From Nitrospirales bacterium (lineage in GTDB: Bacteria > Nitrospirota > Nitrospiria > Nitrospirales > UBA8639), in assembly GCA_965203295.1 (NCBI GenBank), contig CBDBCZ010000019.1, forward strand, positions 512,001 to 576,000: DNA of 64,000 bases, written 5' to 3'. Under the pieces are notes generated by a model. It ran no database searches, was not told the origin of the DNA, and saw only the letters and a program-made list of their open reading frames with translations. The position numbers were made by a program, and so were the translations under genes. Below are positions 61,641 through 64,000 of the stretch, one piece after another. Position 1 is the stretch's first letter, and the number at the start of each line of letters is the position of its first letter.

Positions 61641-62505
61641 CTACCTCGCTTCTTCAAGAATTTTGGCAAGCCGCGTGAGTTGCGATACCGTCCGGTCTTA
61701 TTGACGATCGCCATAGATTCCAATGAGGTTTCTTACTATGCGAGCGAGGATAAGGTGGTTGGGACTCTGTTGAAGATAGTGGGGCTTGAGGTCGTGCCCG
61801 GATTCTCGGAGAAACCGTTCGCAATCAGTTTGCGTGAGGAATGTCCCCTTCCTAAAACAATCCACAAAAATTTGGTCTGGCTCCACCTTCACTAAAAAAT
61901 GTCCTGGCATTCCTACGCCAACCACAGAAAGATTGAGTCGTTTCGCCAACAGCAAACAAAGAACACAAAGAGTAATCGGGATTCCCAATCGGCGATCCAG
62001 GACACGATGGAGAAAACTGTTTTCCGGGTCGTAGTAATCCTCTGTGTTGCCCCGAAATCCTTTTTCCTCAAATACATAATGAATCAATGGCACAATGGAC
62101 TCCTTGCCAGAGAGATCAGACCGTATCCGAGCCCCGATATCAGAAGCCATCGTTTCTAACTGAGAGATGTAGGGATCTGGATCGAGGTTGGGATAGGCAA
62201 TTTTCGCCAAGAGAAAGGCGCCGTGTTCCAGGTCCATTTCGGGATGAGCCGCTTTGCTGCAGCGTATGTTCTAGGTCTGTAAATTGGATGTCTTGGATGA
62301 CCTGTGCGAGACGCTGCGCCATGTGAGGGTCGTCACATTCAGCTTGCTGGAGATAGGGCAAGGCAGGCGGGTCAAGGGAGACAAGATGGTTATGAATGGT
62401 TGTCGAGACCTGTTTGTTGGAATCGGAAAGGAGGCGAATGAGCGCTTTGATTTGAGTCTCAGATGGCTCCTGCGGCTGAGTGTTCGGTGGAACGATCATC
62501 ACCAA
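61641..62505 (-). pseudogene. SirB1/transglutaminase-like protein, disrupted
   Basis: GFRGNTEDYYDPENSFL, RRLGIPITL and GMPGHFL; frameshift ~62245 and TAA 61698. Confidence 0.85.
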
Positions 62506-62535
62506 AGCCTGTATGAGGCAGGATACGGAGGGGGA

Positions 62536-63321
62536 TTACCCAATAGCTTTTTGGAAGGCTCGGGCCCCTCCAAACAGACAAATCGCATCAAAAATCATCA
62601 AAATGATGAAGGCTGTGGCTACCTGGGGAATGGCTGACTCCCAACCGGAAATAATGAGTGGACGCACGGCCTCAATGACCCAGGTCATGGGATTCAGATA
62701 GGCCACGGATCTCATCCAGCCTGGCATCGCTGAGAGCGGAACGAGAGCTGAACTGAGGAAAATCATGGGTAGGGAAAGAAATCCTAGGACCGAAAAGAAG
62801 TCCCCATGGCTCTTAACGGAAAAGGCCATGGCCATGGATATGGCGGTAAGCCCAATCCCGAACATCATGCCGACTAAGAGAATGAGAGCCACCCCGAATA
62901 AACCCGTTTCTGGGGTGACTCCGAAGAAAAAAGCTACGGTGAGAATGACCAAAATCTGCAAAGAGGTAATGACCATCACGAATAAATACCGGCTCACAAT
63001 GACCGATGTTCGGTGAATCGGAGTAGACATAAGCCGTTCCAAAAAGCCATTTTCTTTATCAAATAACAAATCGACTCCGCCAGATAAGCCATTATTCAGA
63101 ACAGTCATGACCACGACTCCCGCAGCCAGAAAACTCATGTAATGAGGTGCCTGAAAAATCTGAGTATCAGCGGCTCGTTCGAACAAGCTGCCAAAGAAAA
63201 TGAGCCAGAACAACATGGGTTGGATAAGGGTGAAAAGCATGCTGAATTTTTCGCGACTTAATCGGCGAACCCACCTCATCAACAATGCCGAAACTTCTTG
63301 AATGTAATGTGAAGAAATCAT
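62536..63321 (-). CDS. ABC-2 type transporter permease
   Basis: DKENGFLERL and LNPMTW; about 6 TM segments. Confidence 0.92.
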   Translation of the reverse strand: MISSHYIQEVSALLMRWVRRLSREKFSMLFTLIQPMLFWLIFFGSLFERAADTQIFQAPHYMSFLAAGVVVMTVLNNGLSGGVDLLFDKENGFLERLMSTPIHRTSVIVSRYLFVMVITSLQILVILTVAFFFGVTPETGLFGVALILLVGMMFGIGLTAISMAMAFSVKSHGDFFSVLGFLSLPMIFLSSALVPLSAMPGWMRSVAYLNPMTWVIEAVRPLIISGWESAIPQVATAFIILMIFDAICLFGGARAFQKAIG

Positions 63322-63430
63322 GAGATCAATACCGAAAAAAGGAACATGATTACATCAGGACTCATTCGATCATTTTCATTTCATACATATCATACATAAT
63401 GTAAACAGAGATATTGCAGGGCCTGCTTCT

Positions 63431-64000
63431 TTATTCCGGTTCGACCTCTGGAAATTCCCCCTTCATCGCGTGTCCTGTGTGGGTGAGAAACACGTCATCC
63501 AATCGAGGGCGATGGTACTCAAAACTCTCAACGGGGCAGTCCATCCTTCCGGCAAGTTCCAACACCGCTGACAATGACTTTTCCGGAGAATCGACCCGAA
63601 TCACGAGCCCGCTCGATGTGGTCTGAATTTCACGGATATAGGCCAAGGATTTTAATTCTGACGCCAACTGAGGGAGATTGGCTAATTTATCAGGGCTGAT
63701 TGTTAACGACACGCTGTCTCCTCCCAGTTGGGCTTTGAGGTCTTTTGGTGAACCGATCACGCGGATATGCCCGCCATCAATAATCGCTAATCGATCACAC
63801 AGTTGATCCGCTTCCTCGAGGTAATTGGTTGTCATGACAATGGTCATGCCCTTCGCCTTGAGGTTCCGAATATATTCCCAAATTCGCAGACGACTTTGGA
63901 CATCGAGTCCCAAGGTGGGTTCGTCAAGAAACAAAATTTTTGGATCTGGTAAAAGACCACAGGCAATATCGAGTTTTCTTTTCATACCCCCCGAATAAGT
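63431..64000 (-). CDS. ABC transporter ATP-binding protein (DrrA/NodI-like), N-terminus outside window
   Basis: YSGGMKRKL signature and LFLDEPTLGLD Walker B. Confidence 0.92.
   Translation of the reverse strand, partial: TYSGGMKRKLDIACGLLPDPKILFLDEPTLGLDVQSRLRIWEYIRNLKAKGMTIVMTTNYLEEADQLCDRLAIIDGGHIRVIGSPKDLKAQLGGDSVSLTISPDKLANLPQLASELKSLAYIREIQTTSSGLVIRVDSPEKSLSAVLELAGRMDCPVESFEYHRPRLDDVFLTHTGHAMKGEFPEVEPE

Noticed and set aside
1..64000. CRISPR array or rRNA
   Set aside because: No regularly spaced direct repeats, cas genes or rRNA-like sequence seen

Overview
A 64 kb bacterial chromosomal window. I infer Nitrospirota/Nitrospira-like origin from gene order and recalled repeat families; I ran no search. 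(1) 1-16.4 kb is an IS-riddled surface-glycosylation island: GT4 and GT2/GtrB-like glycosyltransferases, SAM methyltransferases, IS630 x3, IS1380, and IS3 and IS30 remnants. It is bracketed by two divergent paralogous polytopic membrane-protein genes that share a perfect 297-bp inverted repeat, the same 7-bp frameshifting duplication and a 12-bp motif present four times. (2) 16.4-38.7 kb holds accessory stress/redox genes: PerR-like regulator, di-heme peroxidase, Dyp, Ap4A phosphorylase, MscS, TetR-Trx, a receiver domain with an inserted Rossmann fold, ArsR-SRPBCC and a MarR/pirin/VOC detox cluster. Many carry single stops, frameshifts or catalytic-residue losses. (3) 38.7-52.2 kb has tRNA-Val(CAC), RNase HI and an intact core operon pheA-hisC-aroF-tyrA-aroA-cmk-plsC-rpsA-sppA-ihfB-(PCP_red x4). 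(4) 52.2-64 kb has Fic plus a microprotein, SelO, structured MITE/REP-like repeats, an HNH gene, a split ArgZ/AgrE-like arginine catabolism pair and an ABC-2 exporter. I saw no CRISPR array or rRNA. All assignments come from reading motifs by eye.
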